64,000 bases of DNA. Origin: Stegostoma tigrinum. Taxonomy: Eukaryota. Below are positions 1 to 11,547 of the stretch, in pieces. The notes below the pieces were generated by a model that was not told the DNA's origin, did not search any database, and was given only the letters and a program-made list of their open reading frames with translations. The translations under genes and the position numbers were made by a program. Position 1 is the first letter of the stretch. Every line of letters starts with the position of its first letter. The stretch covers positions 123,867,237 to 123,931,236 of the forward strand of contig NC_081355.1 in assembly GCF_030684315.1 (NCBI RefSeq), given 5' to 3'.

Positions 1-554
1 TGGAAAAGTGAATTTCTACAGTTAGATTTTTGTTGATCAAAGAGATACAATGAACCTAATGATTTCCTTCTGTGCTGTAAATGTCAACGAATCTATGAGC
101 AACTCATCCAAGTTTCTTTGGAAACAACAAATCTTGTCTCCCCTGAATAAGTAGCAGAAAACCAGAACACAGAGCCAGATTCGAAGGCCTAGCAGTTGGC
201 TGAAATATTGTATGAACCTGTTAAGGTCAAATATCAGGATTTCTAACCGACCCTTGCCTGAACTCAAATCTGCTTTTCAGATTGTAAAGATCCATGGATG
301 TCAGCATCTAAAATTTGTCAGGAAATTGTTTTCTAATTTTTATCCTTGTTTGAACTCTTGGTCCACTCTGGTGCTTTGTTATTTTGCTTTTCCATTTTTT
401 TTCAAATCCTCTCTGCTGAAATGTACAGTTTTGTCAGTCATGTGAATGCTCATATCTAGGCTTAATGGCATACAGTTTAATTGATTATTACACCTTAGTT
501 GTTAGTCAATTTTTACATTTGTGGTAGGAACAGGGCTGCTTATAATAAACTAGT

Positions 555-682
555 GATAATGGAAACTGCAGATGCTGGAGAATCCAAGATAACAAAGTTT
601 GGAGCTGGATGAACACAGCAGGCCAAGCAGCATCTCAGGAGCACAAAAGCTGATGTTTCGGGCCTAGACCCTTCATCAGAGA
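555..682 (-). mobile_element. Short PLE 3' terminal (pLTR + tail) insertion
   Basis: Matches the 3' end of the GIY-YIG PLEs in this window. 21-bp TSD ggctgcttataataaactagt (534-554) / ggttgcttatagtaaactagt (683-703). Confidence 0.88.
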
Positions 683-824
683 GGTTGCTTATAGTAAACT
701 AGTTGTTTTCATGTTAATCACTGAACCTGATGGATATTCTGACAGTAATACAAAGAAAGACCAATTGATGATTTTGGAGAATAAATAAAACATTCCAACT
801 TTTGGTAGAGCTGCTGGAGTAGGA

Positions 825-1015
825 CCATAGAATCCTGGCAGTGAGGAAAGAGGCCATTTGGCCCACTGACCTTTGAAGAACATCCCATCAAACCCAGGCC
901 CTCAGCCTAAACCCGTAGCCCTGCATTTTCAATATCTAACCCACCTAGTGTGCATATCCCTGGACACTATTAGACAATTTAGCATGGCTAATCCAACTAA
1001 TCTGCATATTTTTAG
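825..1015 (-). mobile_element. HE1-like (V-SINE) fragment
   Basis: Reverse complement of the SINE 3' part at 16550-16765. Confidence 0.6.
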
Positions 1016-1499
1016 AATGGTGAGGCTTGATTATAGCACACATCTGCAATCAGAGTCAAAACAGACCTCAAATCTATCACATACGCATTGCTTAAAGACA
1101 GTCCTGGTCTTCATCTTGGTTCACTTAAGTCCTTTAAGGAAGAAAACTGCCATCCTTACCTGGTTAGGCCTATGTCTGACTCCAAGCCCATAGCAATGTG
1201 GTTGACCCTTAACTGACCTCTCTTTGGGCAATTAGGAATGGGCAATAAATGCTGCCTACCCAGCAATGCTCTTATCACATGAATAAATAAAGAAAATAAA
1301 TTGCAATGGGTAAAACCACAATTTGTCTCTTGTTTATAGTTAAAGATTTGAGGATATTACACGAGATGACAAATGCTCAGAGAAGAAGGAAGATGTTTTT
1401 CATATAAAGCCCTGAAGGTGATACTTAGAGCAGAGTTCTACATCTTGGGATTGAATAGACACCTTCCTAAGAAGGGAATTGCAGGAGAAATGATAGTGA

Positions 1500-2180
1500 A
1501 GCCTTAGTAGTCCACCCCTGCTTTTATATTCAAGTCCTCTCTAAATAAATGCCAACATTGCATTTGCCTTCCTCACTACTGACCCAACTTGCATTTTTAC
1601 CTTGAGAGAATCCTGGATTAGAATTCCAAGTCTCTTTGCGCTTCAGACTTCTGAATTTTTTTCCCCAATTAGAAAATTGTCCATGCTTTTGTTTTTCTTA
1701 CCAAAGTGCATGACCTTACACTTTCCCACGTTGTACGCCATCTGCCACTTCTTTGCCCACTTTCCTAACCTATCCAAATCCTTCTGCAGTCTCTCCACCT
1801 CCTCAATACTACCTGTCCCTCCACCTATCTTTGTATCATCTGCAAACGTAGCCAGAATGCCCACAATTCCTTCATCTAGATCATTAATGCACAAAGTAAA
1901 GAGTTGTGCTGCCAGCACTGACCCTTGTGGAACACCATTTGTCACCAGCTGCCATCCCGCGAAAGACCCCTTGATCCCTACTCTGCTTTCTGCCAGCCAG
2001 CCAGCCAATCTTCTATCCATGCTAGTGCCTTGCCTCTAACACCGTGGGCCCTTATCTTACTCAACAGCTTCCTGTGTGGCACCTTATCAAAGGCCTTCTT
2101 GAAGCCCAGGTAGAACACATCCATTGGCTCTCCTTGGTCTACTTTGCTCATTACCCCCTCAAAGAATTCTAGCAGTAATG
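1500..2180 (-). mobile_element. CR1-clade LINE ORF2 (RT) fragment
   Basis: FKKAFDKVPH, GVPQGSVL, FADDTKIGG, LQKDLDRL and KCKVMHFG motifs, with frameshifts. Confidence 0.92.
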
Positions 2181-2569
2181 CACAGAGATGCCAACAGCAT
2201 GCATTCAATTCCTCTAGCAGCTGAGGTTACCATGAAAATTCTTGCATCTCAAACTTTGCCTTACCTGAGGTGTGGTGATCCTCGTTAACTAATCACCAGC
2301 AGTCTCTCTCTAATGAGAGAGCAGAGAGAGCAGCCTGTTGGGACTACAGTTGCTTTACTTGAGATTGGCTTTATATTCCTGATTTATTAATTGAGTTAAA
2401 TTCAACCAACAGCTCGGAGTGCTTCGAATCAGTGTCCCTTGATCGTTAGCCTGGACCTCTCAATTACTTGTCAGGTAAAAGATACATTGCTTTAAGAGCT
2501 TTACCTTAGTTCTACCTTGATTCACATCTGTGAGTTTCTGTTCCCATTGCATACTCTACTACTATGTAA

Positions 2570-3055
2570 TCTGCAGCTCAGTAGTCATACTCACCTCTGA
2601 GTCAGAGGAATGTGTATTTAATTCAACCTGCAGGGATTTAGAAACAAAAAATAATGTATAAGCACAGATACAGGTCCTTTGGCACATGCTGATGCATGAC
2701 ATCTTTCTAAATTAAAAACTTTTTGCCTCTACACAGTCCATATCACTCTATTCCCTGGCTATATCTGTCAAGATGTCTCTTAAATGTTGCTATTGTATCT
2801 GCCTCCACCATCTTCTCTGGAAGCACATTCCAGGTACTTAGCACCTTTCACCATAAACCTATGACCCCCTAGTAAATGACATTGACTTGAGCGCAAATCT
2901 AGACTGACACTTCAGCGCAGCACTGAAAATCCTTCACTATTAGATGTACCATCTTTTGGATGTTACATTAAAGTAAAGAATTTTCTTCCTCATCTGGTGG
3001 TCATAAAAAATCTTATTGCAATATTTCAAAGAAGAACTGGTACTTTCTAGGACAT
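2570..3055 (+). mobile_element. Deu-domain SINE (SacSINE1-like) relic, interrupted by a CR1 3' fragment (~2655-2880)
   Basis: tRNA-like head followed by gactgacacttcagcgcagcactga...tatttcaaagaagaac, resembling the Deu core. A similar core occurs at 26150-26460. Confidence 0.55.
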
Positions 3056-3059
3056 TCTT

Positions 3060-3700
3060 TGATTTGATTTGATTTATTGAAGTCATATGTACCTATGTGC
3101 TGTGAAAAGCTTTGCTTTGCGAGCAGTACAAGCAGGTCATAGAAAACAAGGCACACAGTTCATAGGAAGCTTCGACAGATATTGGCATACAAATTTACAC
3201 TAACAGGAGGTGCACTAGGCAAGATCAACAGTAGCAAGATCAACATTTTTGGAAGTTAGAGAGTCCGTTCAGCAATCTAATAATGGCAAGGAAGAAGTTG
3301 TTCTTGAAACTTTTGTACATATGTTCAAGATTCTGCATCTTCTGCCTGGTGGAAGAGGTTGTAGGAGAGCAATACCAGGGTGGGAGAGATCTTTGATGAT
3401 GTTGGCAGCTTTTCTGCAGCAAAGAAATGGATATGGGGTAGGCTTCCGTGATGGTTTGGCCTGTGCACACAACCTTCTGTAATTTCTTCCAGTCCTGGCA
3501 GAGCAGTTGCTGTACCAGGCCATCATGCACGGGTCTAGGCCCGAATCGTCAGCTTTTGTGCTCCTGAGATGCTGCTTGGCCTGCTGTGTTCATCCAGCTC
3601 CACACTTTGTTATCTTGGATTCTCCAGCATCTGCAGTTCCCATTATCACATGCACGTGGACAGTATGTTTCTGGACAACATTTATCCTCAACCAACAAGA
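3060..3700 (-). mobile_element. Rex1/Babar LINE 3' fragment (interrupted by a PLE at 3531-3648)
   Basis: WYSNCSA, LQKVV, RKAANIIKDLSHPG and FKNNFFLAIIRLLN motifs. Confidence 0.75.
3531..3648 (+). mobile_element. Short PLE pLTR + tail insertion
   Basis: Begins inside hammerhead stem II (gggtctaggcccgaa). TSD catgcac at 3524-3530 and 3649-3655. Confidence 0.85.
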
Positions 3701-3824
3701 ATGAAATTAATTACAGTATCATGCTGCAGTTTGTCCAGTTTTATTGTGAGCCAATCCATTGCATTGTTTCCTGCATAACTATAATGACAAAGCTTTGTAG
3801 AAATATTTAATAGCCGTCATAAGA

Positions 3825-3912
3825 GATAACAAGGTGTAGATCTGGATGAACACAGCGGGTCAAGCAGCATCAGAGGAGCAGGAAAGCTGACGTTTCAGGT
3901 CTGAACCCTTCT
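3825..3912 (-). mobile_element. Short PLE pLTR fragment, older subfamily
   Basis: gataacaaggtgtaga...ctgacgtttcaggtctgaacccttc. Confidence 0.75.
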
Positions 3913-4022
3913 ACTTTGATCTCAATTGATGTAACAGAGATGTAGAAACACAAACAACACATTCAACCCCTCAAGCTTGGTGCAGTATTCAATTAAACCA
4001 TAGATGACATGTGTCTTAATTT

Positions 4023-5923
4023 TGGAAATAGCAAGAACTATGAATGTTGGAGTCAGTGTCAATACAGTGTGGAGCTGGAGGAACACAGCAGACCAGACCA
4101 CTTCACAAAAGCAGGGAAATTGATGTTTGGGTTTACATGCTTCATCAGGATTGGGGAGGGTTAAGGGAGCTTGGAAATAAAAAGAGGGAAGAGGTTGGTG
4201 CTGGGGGAAGGTAGGTGATAGGTGGAGGCAGGTAGGTGATAGTGGAGATTGGTCAGTGGGAAGGGTGGGGTGGGTAGGTGAGACAGATGATGGACAGGTT
4301 GTATCAGGTCAAGGATGCAGGCATGAGAATGAGGGTTGGACATGGAATGATGCCAGGGTTGGAGAGATTTTGAACCTGGTGAATTCTATGTTGAGGCCAT
4401 CAGGCTGTAAGCTCCTGAGGTGGAATATGATGTGTTGTTCGTGGGTGGCGTCATTATGACACTGGAGGAGGCCCAGAATGGATATGCCACTCAGGGAGTG
4501 GGAGACAGAGTTGAAAAGGTTAGCAACCGGAAGGTGTTGTCATTTGTTATGTACAAAGCACAGATGGTCCATGAATCAGTCACGGAATCTGCGCTCGGTC
4601 TCACTTCTGTAGACAACACCACATCCGGACCAATGGATACAGTAGACCAGGTTAAGGTGAATCCCTTTCGGATTTGTAAAGATTGTCTGGGGCCTTGGAG
4701 GTGAGATGGGAGGGGTAGGGGAAGGAGTTGCATCTCCTGCGGTTGCAGGGAAAGCTGCCTGGGTGGTGGGGATAGTGGGGCATGTAGAGTGGATGAAGGA
4801 ATCATGGAGTGATTGATCTGTATGAAAGGCAGATAGGGGTTGGGAGGGGAATCTCTGTGGTGGAGGGGTCAGATTGTAGGTGGTGGAGGGTGCAGTGGGT
4901 TGGGGGTCATGTGTGAGGGCCAAGGGTGTTCTGTCCTTACTTTTGTGGGAGGGATGGGTTTTGAGGGCAGAAATGTAGGAAGTGCAAGAAATGCAGTTGA
5001 GGGCATTGTGAATCATGGATGTTGGAATTTACAGGAATTGAAGTTAGAGAATATCTGGGATGTCCAGGAGTGGAATGCTCCATCTTGGGAGCAGATGTGG
5101 CATGTCCGTTGCTCCCAATTTGGTCTCCTCTACATCGGTGAGATCAAGCGTGGACGCCATGGCCGATTCATGGAGCATCTGCGCTCTGTACACTATAATC
5201 AACAACACCTTCTGGTTGCCAACCATTTGCCAACTCCCCGTCCCAGTCCCTCCGTGACATGCCCATCCTGGGCCTCCTCCAGTGTCACAATGATGCCACA
5301 CTCAAATTGGAAAAACAACACGTCATATTCTGCGATAATGGGAACTGCAGATGCTGGAGAATCCAAGATAACAAAGTGTGAAGCTGGATGAACACAGCAG
5401 GCCAAGCAGCATCTCAGGAGCACAAAAGCTGACGTTTCGGGCCTAGACCCTCTCTGATGAAGGTTCTAGGCCCGAAACGTCAGCTTTTGTGCTCCTGAGA
5501 TGCTGCTTGACCTGCTGTGTTCATCCAGCTTCACACTTTGTTATCTACGTCATATTCTGCCTTGGGAGCTTACAGCCTGATGGCCTCAACATAGAATTCA
5601 CCAGTTTCAAAATCTCCCCACCCCGTCGTCATTCTACGTCCAACCATCCCCCTCATCCCTGATTCCTTAACCTGACACAACCTGTCCACCTGCTTTCTCA
5701 CCTATCAGCCCCACCCTTCCCACTGACTAATCACCACTACCACTTATCACCATCTATCAAGATCTATCTTCCCACAGCCACACCCCTCTCCCTCTATTTA
5801 TTTCTGAGTTCCCTTTCCTCTCCCCAGTCCTGATGACGGGTGTAAACCTGAAACATAGAGCTTTCTGCTCCTCTGATGCTGCCTGACCTGCTGTGTTCCT
5901 CCAACTCCACACTGTATTGATTA
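4023..5923. mobile_element. Older fold-back PLE (minus arm ~4023-5100, plus arm ~5100-5923) with a nested young PLE
   Basis: GIY-YIG remnants on both strands (LLYIGEIKR, LVYCIHW). TSD tgtcttaattt at 4012-4022 and 5924-5934. Confidence 0.85.
5334..5546. mobile_element. Palindromic mini-PLE nested in an older PLE
   Basis: Near-perfect ~90-bp inverted arms with the tail on the left arm only. 14-bp TSD acgtcatattctgc at 5320-5333 and 5547-5560. Confidence 0.92.
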
Positions 5924-6639
5924 TGTCTTAATTTCACCCTTCTTTTATTCACTTATGTAACAAAGAAGCTATTAACTTCATGTTTGAAATTTACAATGAA
6001 TACTTTTTAAACAGCCTTTTGCGGCTGAATATTTGGAATTCCATCACTCTTCGTGTCAGCAACCCCAAACCCAACTGCCCAAATATATATTAGCAAGGCA
6101 CAGAAGATTAACCTTGCCAATTTCCTCCTTTTCTAACTTGTGTCTTTCAGTTGAACCTTTGAACTACCCCAGTGGATAATCCATCACAACTCTTCAAAAC
6201 ACTTCTATCTCTGTACTTGAGTACACTTGACCATAAAGCAAATTCTAATTCTAATTCTAATTCACCACTTTCCTCCATCAACAAATTGTCTCTGCAGTTC
6301 TCATCTTTGTTGATTCCTACCACAATTTAAATTTGTTATGCTCGCTCTGATTTCACTTCTGTCCAAAATTCCCTTAATTTCAACTCCAAATAAATTCCCA
6401 AATCAATATGTTACACAAACAAAATAATTAATTTCTACCCAGGGACTGAATACGAAGCGAGATTTGGTTAGAAAGTGCATAAGGACAGAGATAATTGGAA
6501 AATGCCATGTACGTGTAATTCAATGCCTTTTATTTTTGTATTTCCTGCATATAAAATCATGGTGCTATGTCTGGATTTATTATGAAACCTTTCTATGTAA
6601 ACTTTTCAAAATGAAACATCCATTCAGTAATGGGGCTGC

Positions 6640-6850
6640 AAGATTCAAGAGTTTTGAACCATTCTGGTGGAGGTGGGCACAATGACCACATACAAAAGGC
6701 ATCTGATTTGGTATATGAATAGAAAGTGTTTACAGGGATACGGACCAAGTACTGGCAAATGGGACTAGGTCAAATTGGGATGTCTGGTTGATGCGGACGA
6801 GTTGGACCGAAGGGTCTGTTTCCATGCTGTATCACTTATGACTCAATGAT
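6640..6850 (+). mobile_element. CR1 LINE 3' end
   Basis: ggacgagttggaccgaagggtctgtttccatgctgtat-type CR1 terminus. Confidence 0.65.
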
Positions 6851-7190
6851 TCTTGAGGATTCTGGAGATTTGGCAATGTTATGGAAAGATGAACAATAAA
6901 ACATTTCAGTAAGGCATATCAAAACGGAATGGGACTTTGCTACTATTGGTTCCTTTCAAACAAGCATCTTCCTCATGTTCTAACATGTCCGGCATAACCA
7001 GTTCACATTTTTGCCTCAAGGATAGATCTTCCAAAAGTCAAGGCGAAGCAACAAAATAATCAAGGACTAGAGATGTGCTGAACTCAAGTGATTTTTCTGA
7101 TTCAGACAGTGTGTACTAAAAATGCACTATCTAATTAGTTTCTTCACTTCTCAGTCAGCAATGGGAAACCAATAAGGCTGCCAATTTATG

Positions 7191-7966
7191 GTAATAAAAT
7201 GTGAGGCTGGATGAACACAGCAGGCCAAGCAGCATCTCAGGAGCACAAAAGCTGACGTTTCGGGCCTAGACCCTTCATCAGAGAGGGGGATGGGGGGAGG
7301 GAACTGGAATAAATAGGGAGAGAGGGGGAGGCGGACCGAAGATGGAGAGTAAAGAAGATAGGTGGAGAAGGTGTGGGTGGGGAGGTAGGGAGGGGATAGG
7401 TCAGTCCAGGGAAGACGGACAGGTCAAGGAGGTGGGATGAGGTTAGTAGGTAGCTGGGGGTGCGGCTTGGGGTGGGAGGAAGGGATGGGTGAGAGGAAGA
7501 ACCGGTTAGGGAGGCAGAGACAGGTTGGACTGGTTTTGGGATGCAGTGGGTGGGGGGGAAGAGCTGGGCTGGTTGTGTGGTGCAGTGGGGGGAGGGGATG
7601 AACTGGGCTGGTTTAGGGATGCAGTGGGGGAAGGGGAGATTTTGAAACTGGTGAAGTCCACATTGATACCATATGGCTGCAGGGTTCCCAGGCGGAATAT
7701 GAGTTGCTGTTCCTGCAACCTTCGGGTGGCATCATTGTGGCAGTGCAGGAGGCCCATGATGGACATGTCATCAAGAGAATGGGAGGGGGAGTGGAAATGG
7801 TTTGCGACTGGGAGGTGCAGTTGTTTGTTGCGAACTGAGCGGAGGTGTTCTGCAAAGCGGTCCCCAAGCCTCCGCTTGGTTTCCCCAATGTAGAGAAAGC
7901 CGCACCGGGTACAGTGGATGCAGTATACCACATTGGCAGATGTGCAGGTGAACCTCTGCTTAATGT
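7191..7966 (-). mobile_element. Young 5'-truncated, tail-less PLE encoding an intact GIY-YIG domain
   Basis: ORF 7506-7931 [28 protein letters not shown]...GINVD. Perfect 15-bp TSD ggctgccaatttatg at 7176-7190 and 7967-7981. Confidence 0.94.
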
Positions 7967-8257
7967 GGCTGCCAATTTATGTTTGTTATAACATTTTTAA
8001 CTGAATAAAACATTTCATAGGACCATTAAAAGTTAATCAGGGCATATTATGGCAGATGGCCAATGGCCAAAGTCTTGTTTCAAGAAACAGGATTCAAGAG
8101 GAAAAAGACAGTAAAGTGGAGGGATTTTGAAAGGAAATTCTTAACAGCTTTAAGCCTCGACAGCTAAAGGTGGGATCACCAGTGTTGGAGTAATACAAGC
8201 TGCCAGAATTAGGGGAGCACTGATATATCTTTGGAAGAGATTACAAGAATTGTGACA

Positions 8258-8458
8258 GATAATGGGAACTGCAGATGCTGGAGAATCCAAGATAACAAAG
8301 TGTGGAGCTGGATGAACTCAGCAGGCCAAGCAGCATCTTAGGAGCACAAAAGCTTACATTTCGGGCCTCTTATGAAGGGTCCAGGCTCGAAACGTCAGCT
8401 TTTATGTCCCTATGATGCTGCTTGGCCTGCTGAGTTCATCCAGCTCCACACAGCGTTA
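8258..8458. mobile_element. Palindromic mini-PLE ~270 bp upstream of the RAB18 promoter motifs
   Basis: Inverted pLTR arms meeting within the hammerhead motif; tail on the left arm. Confidence 0.88.
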
Positions 8459-8699
8459 ACAAGGATAATGAGGACATGGGAAATTTGAAAACAAAAATGA
8501 GAACAAGGGTGATTGGTGAACTAGACAATAACAACTTGTTGCTATTTCCACTTTCATGTGAGAATAGTTGGCTATGCTATCTCTAGTTTTCCGTCAGGAA
8601 TTAAACGTGAAGAAGCATTAGTGAAATATACTTGTGCAAATTCGTTAGTTGCTTCAAACAATCCTTTCCATAATGTACTTGCATAAAGCCAGGACCTCC

Positions 8700-9070
8700 C
8701 TCTGATTAGTTAGCGTCTGTGTTAATCATTGCGCAATGCGCGGTGACGTCACCAGGGCGGGTCTTTGGCCCTGGCGGGCGGGGAAGGCGCTAAACGTGCC
8801 GTAAATTGTGAGGTTTTGTAAGTCAGAGGGAAGCGCCGTAAAGCAGTGTGGGGGTTGGTTTGACGACGCGTTTTGTTTGAGAGCTATGGACGAGGATATC
8901 CTGACCACCCTCAAGATCCTAATCATCGGCGAGAGCGGCGTCGGCAAGTCCAGGTGAGGTGGTGCCGAGTTCCCTGCTGGTTCGACCCGGTGGTTCTCGG
9001 ACCCCGTCTTCCGGAGCTGAACTGTAGGCCCCAGCTTTCCTGACGCAGCACATCAGCGTCCAGTATCCCG
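8700..9070 (+). promoter_or_regulatory. RAB18 CpG-rich promoter/5' region: C/EBP palindrome (8727-8738), full CRE palindrome (8742-8753), GC boxes (8755-8760, 8776-8783)
   Basis: Locally CpG-dense in a CpG-depleted background. CATTGCGCAATG, GGTGACGTCACC, GGGCGG and GGGCGGGG lie 100-160 nt upstream of the ATG. No obvious TATA box. Confidence 0.8.
8886..8953 (+). CDS. RAB18: RAB18 coding exon 1 (68 nt)
   Basis: Encodes [22 protein letters not shown] (P-loop); donor AG|gtgagg. Confidence 0.97.
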
Positions 9071-11514
9071 GCCCATTGGTGTGTAAATGTCACCTCTTCA
9101 GGTGCTTCATTTCAACAATAGTATTCTGTTTCTGCAGCTGATGTAACATTGAAGCTATCATGCACAATCCATAACGATGATAGTCTTCGTATCTCCTAAA
9201 CTCTAGACTTGACCCCAACCTCCCAATCTGAAACTATCCCAGTCTTTGTCACAACATTAAACCCGAACACAATATTGGCAGTTCATATCTTGACATATCT
9301 GCACATTCTAACCCCTTGACCCTAATCTACCCCTATCCTAGCATGACAGTGACAATCCTCATATCTCTAAAAACTCCTTAGCTCATGTTTCTAATTCTAG
9401 CCACTTAAAATGCAACACGACAAACCCCCTAGCCCCATAATCTTAATGTACTGCAACCTGAAATCTATATTGTCGATTTTATTCACTACACACAATGTCA
9501 CGGAATGGCTGAAGGCATTGGAAACTGCAAAGGCTATGGCCCCTGACAAGATTCTGGCAGTTGTCATGAAAATGGGCTCCAGATTGCTGCACTCCATCCA
9601 AACTGTTCTGGTAAACTACAACAAATGCATCCACCTGACAATGTGGAATATTTCTGGTTATGCCCTGTAACTCCAATAGAGTCATAGAGTTATATAGCAT
9701 GGAAACAGACCCTTTGATCCAACTTAGCCATGCCAGCCTAATCTGATCTTGTACCATTTGCCAGCATTTGGCCTATGCCCCTGTTAAACCCTTCTGTTCA
9801 TTCATGTATTCAAGTGCCTTTTAAGTCTTGCAATTGCATCAGTCTCCACCATTACCTCTGTCAGCTTATTCCATACAAATACCACCTTCTGTGGAAAAAC
9901 TTTCCCCTCTCACCTTAAATCTATGCCCTCTAGTTTTGGACTCCTCCACCTTGGGAAGAAAAAAGGATTTTGGCTGTTCAGCCTATCCGTACTACTCATG
10001 ATTTTATCAACCTCTCTAAGGTCACCTCTCAGCCTCTGACACTCTAGGGAAGAAAGCCCCGGCTTATTCAGCCTCTCCCTACTTGCTTACAACGTGCAAT
10101 CCTGGCAACATCCATACAAATCTATTTTGAGCCCTACCAGTTTTAATAACAACTTCCCTATAGCAGGAAGACTGTAACTGAACCCAGCATTCTAAAAGTA
10201 CAGTCTGATGAATCAATTTTCCACTTTTCTAATAAAAACTTCATTCAGGTTGGCTCTTTGTAGAGCATTGCAACAAAACCAAATGTAAAATGAGTAACAG
10301 AAAATTATTAAAATTAGATTTAATGTTGTCTCCAGCGATGATGATGTGTTTCAGGCCCTTTGGAGACCACTGGCACGTAAATTGTTCTAATGACACTGTG
10401 TGCTCTCTCTCAATGGGCACCTAAGCACAGATAGTACCCAACTGTCTGCCCCTCTAATATTGTTATATGACTCATGCTATAGCCTGCTGTTTGGACCTGT
10501 TGATGGCCATTTTGTCCAGTCCATTGAGGAGGTCCCTCTGTGCAGAATGCCCATTGATTAGGAGTGAGGGGCTAAGGTGCAGTCAATCATTGAACAGGCC
10601 ATTAAGAGCCATTAATACCTTTTCCTGGAGGCCACAAAAACTGTGTGGCTAGGCACCCAGTGAACTTCCTTAACTTCCCATAGCGTGGGACTACTGTACA
10701 CAACATTCTCCATCTTGGGTTCCTGATTGAATATGAAACGACCCCTTTAGAGGGTGTTCCACTGGCAAGCTTCACCACCAGTAGGTAAAATATTATGCCA
10801 AGGTGTACCTAAACGAGAGACAAAGATGAGGAAGCGGAGAGTGTGCAGCAGCAGTCCATTCAGGAAACCCCCTCTTTGCTGTTTTGAAAGACATGAAGCG
10901 TTTTCCTGAGATTGTGTGACATCACATACTGTGGGAGGATTGGTATCCAGGGGTAGAGTCATGTTCTCGAGAGATCACTGTCAGTTCATCTGTAAGTTCA
11001 TGGCAATACCTGAGTCACTTCCACTCCCTGTGTATTCTTGGTTAAGTAGTATAGTCAGGACTATCTGGATGACTCTTGTAATGTACTGGGTGTTAACTGA
11101 CATCCTAACAGCCAGTTATGCTGATGACATCTAGTCCACTGCTTTGTCTCCTAGGCTGGTTAAACCTGCATTTCAAGCTCCCTCCTCTACCAACTGCTAA
11201 AAACTTTGGAGCAACCCACACCTAAGCAGTGGCTTCCTTGTGAAGTTGCCGGTCCCTGAAGGTGATGACCATGTCCCAAACCTTAATCTGGTCCAAAAAG
11301 AAGTCAGGCGATTCTCAGTAGACAGTCCAAGGACTTTAGATTTAGGAACAGCATGTCGTTGTTGAGCCCATGTACCTGACAGAAGATATCTTCTATTGGG
11401 GCAGACTGCTTTGGAAGATCAAGATCAAGATGTTGCTGTGGGGCCTGAAGGTGGAAAGTTGCTGTCTGGATGCAGAGGTGCACGAACATCTGACCCTACC
11501 CTGCACAGTCCCCC

Positions 11515-11547
<33 letters not shown>

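Noticed and set aside
1-750. Upstream ORFs (37-267, 212-445) or an LTR end
   Set aside because: No recognisable protein motif or verifiable LTR boundary inside the window.
5334-5546. Palindromic minis as DNA-transposon MITEs or pre-miRNAs
   Set aside because: The ends are asymmetric (tail on one arm), TSD length is variable and long, and the sequence derives from a retroelement 3' end.
9180-9450. Interstitial telomere-like (CCCTAA) tract
   Set aside because: Only scattered degenerate units are present, with no tandem periodicity.
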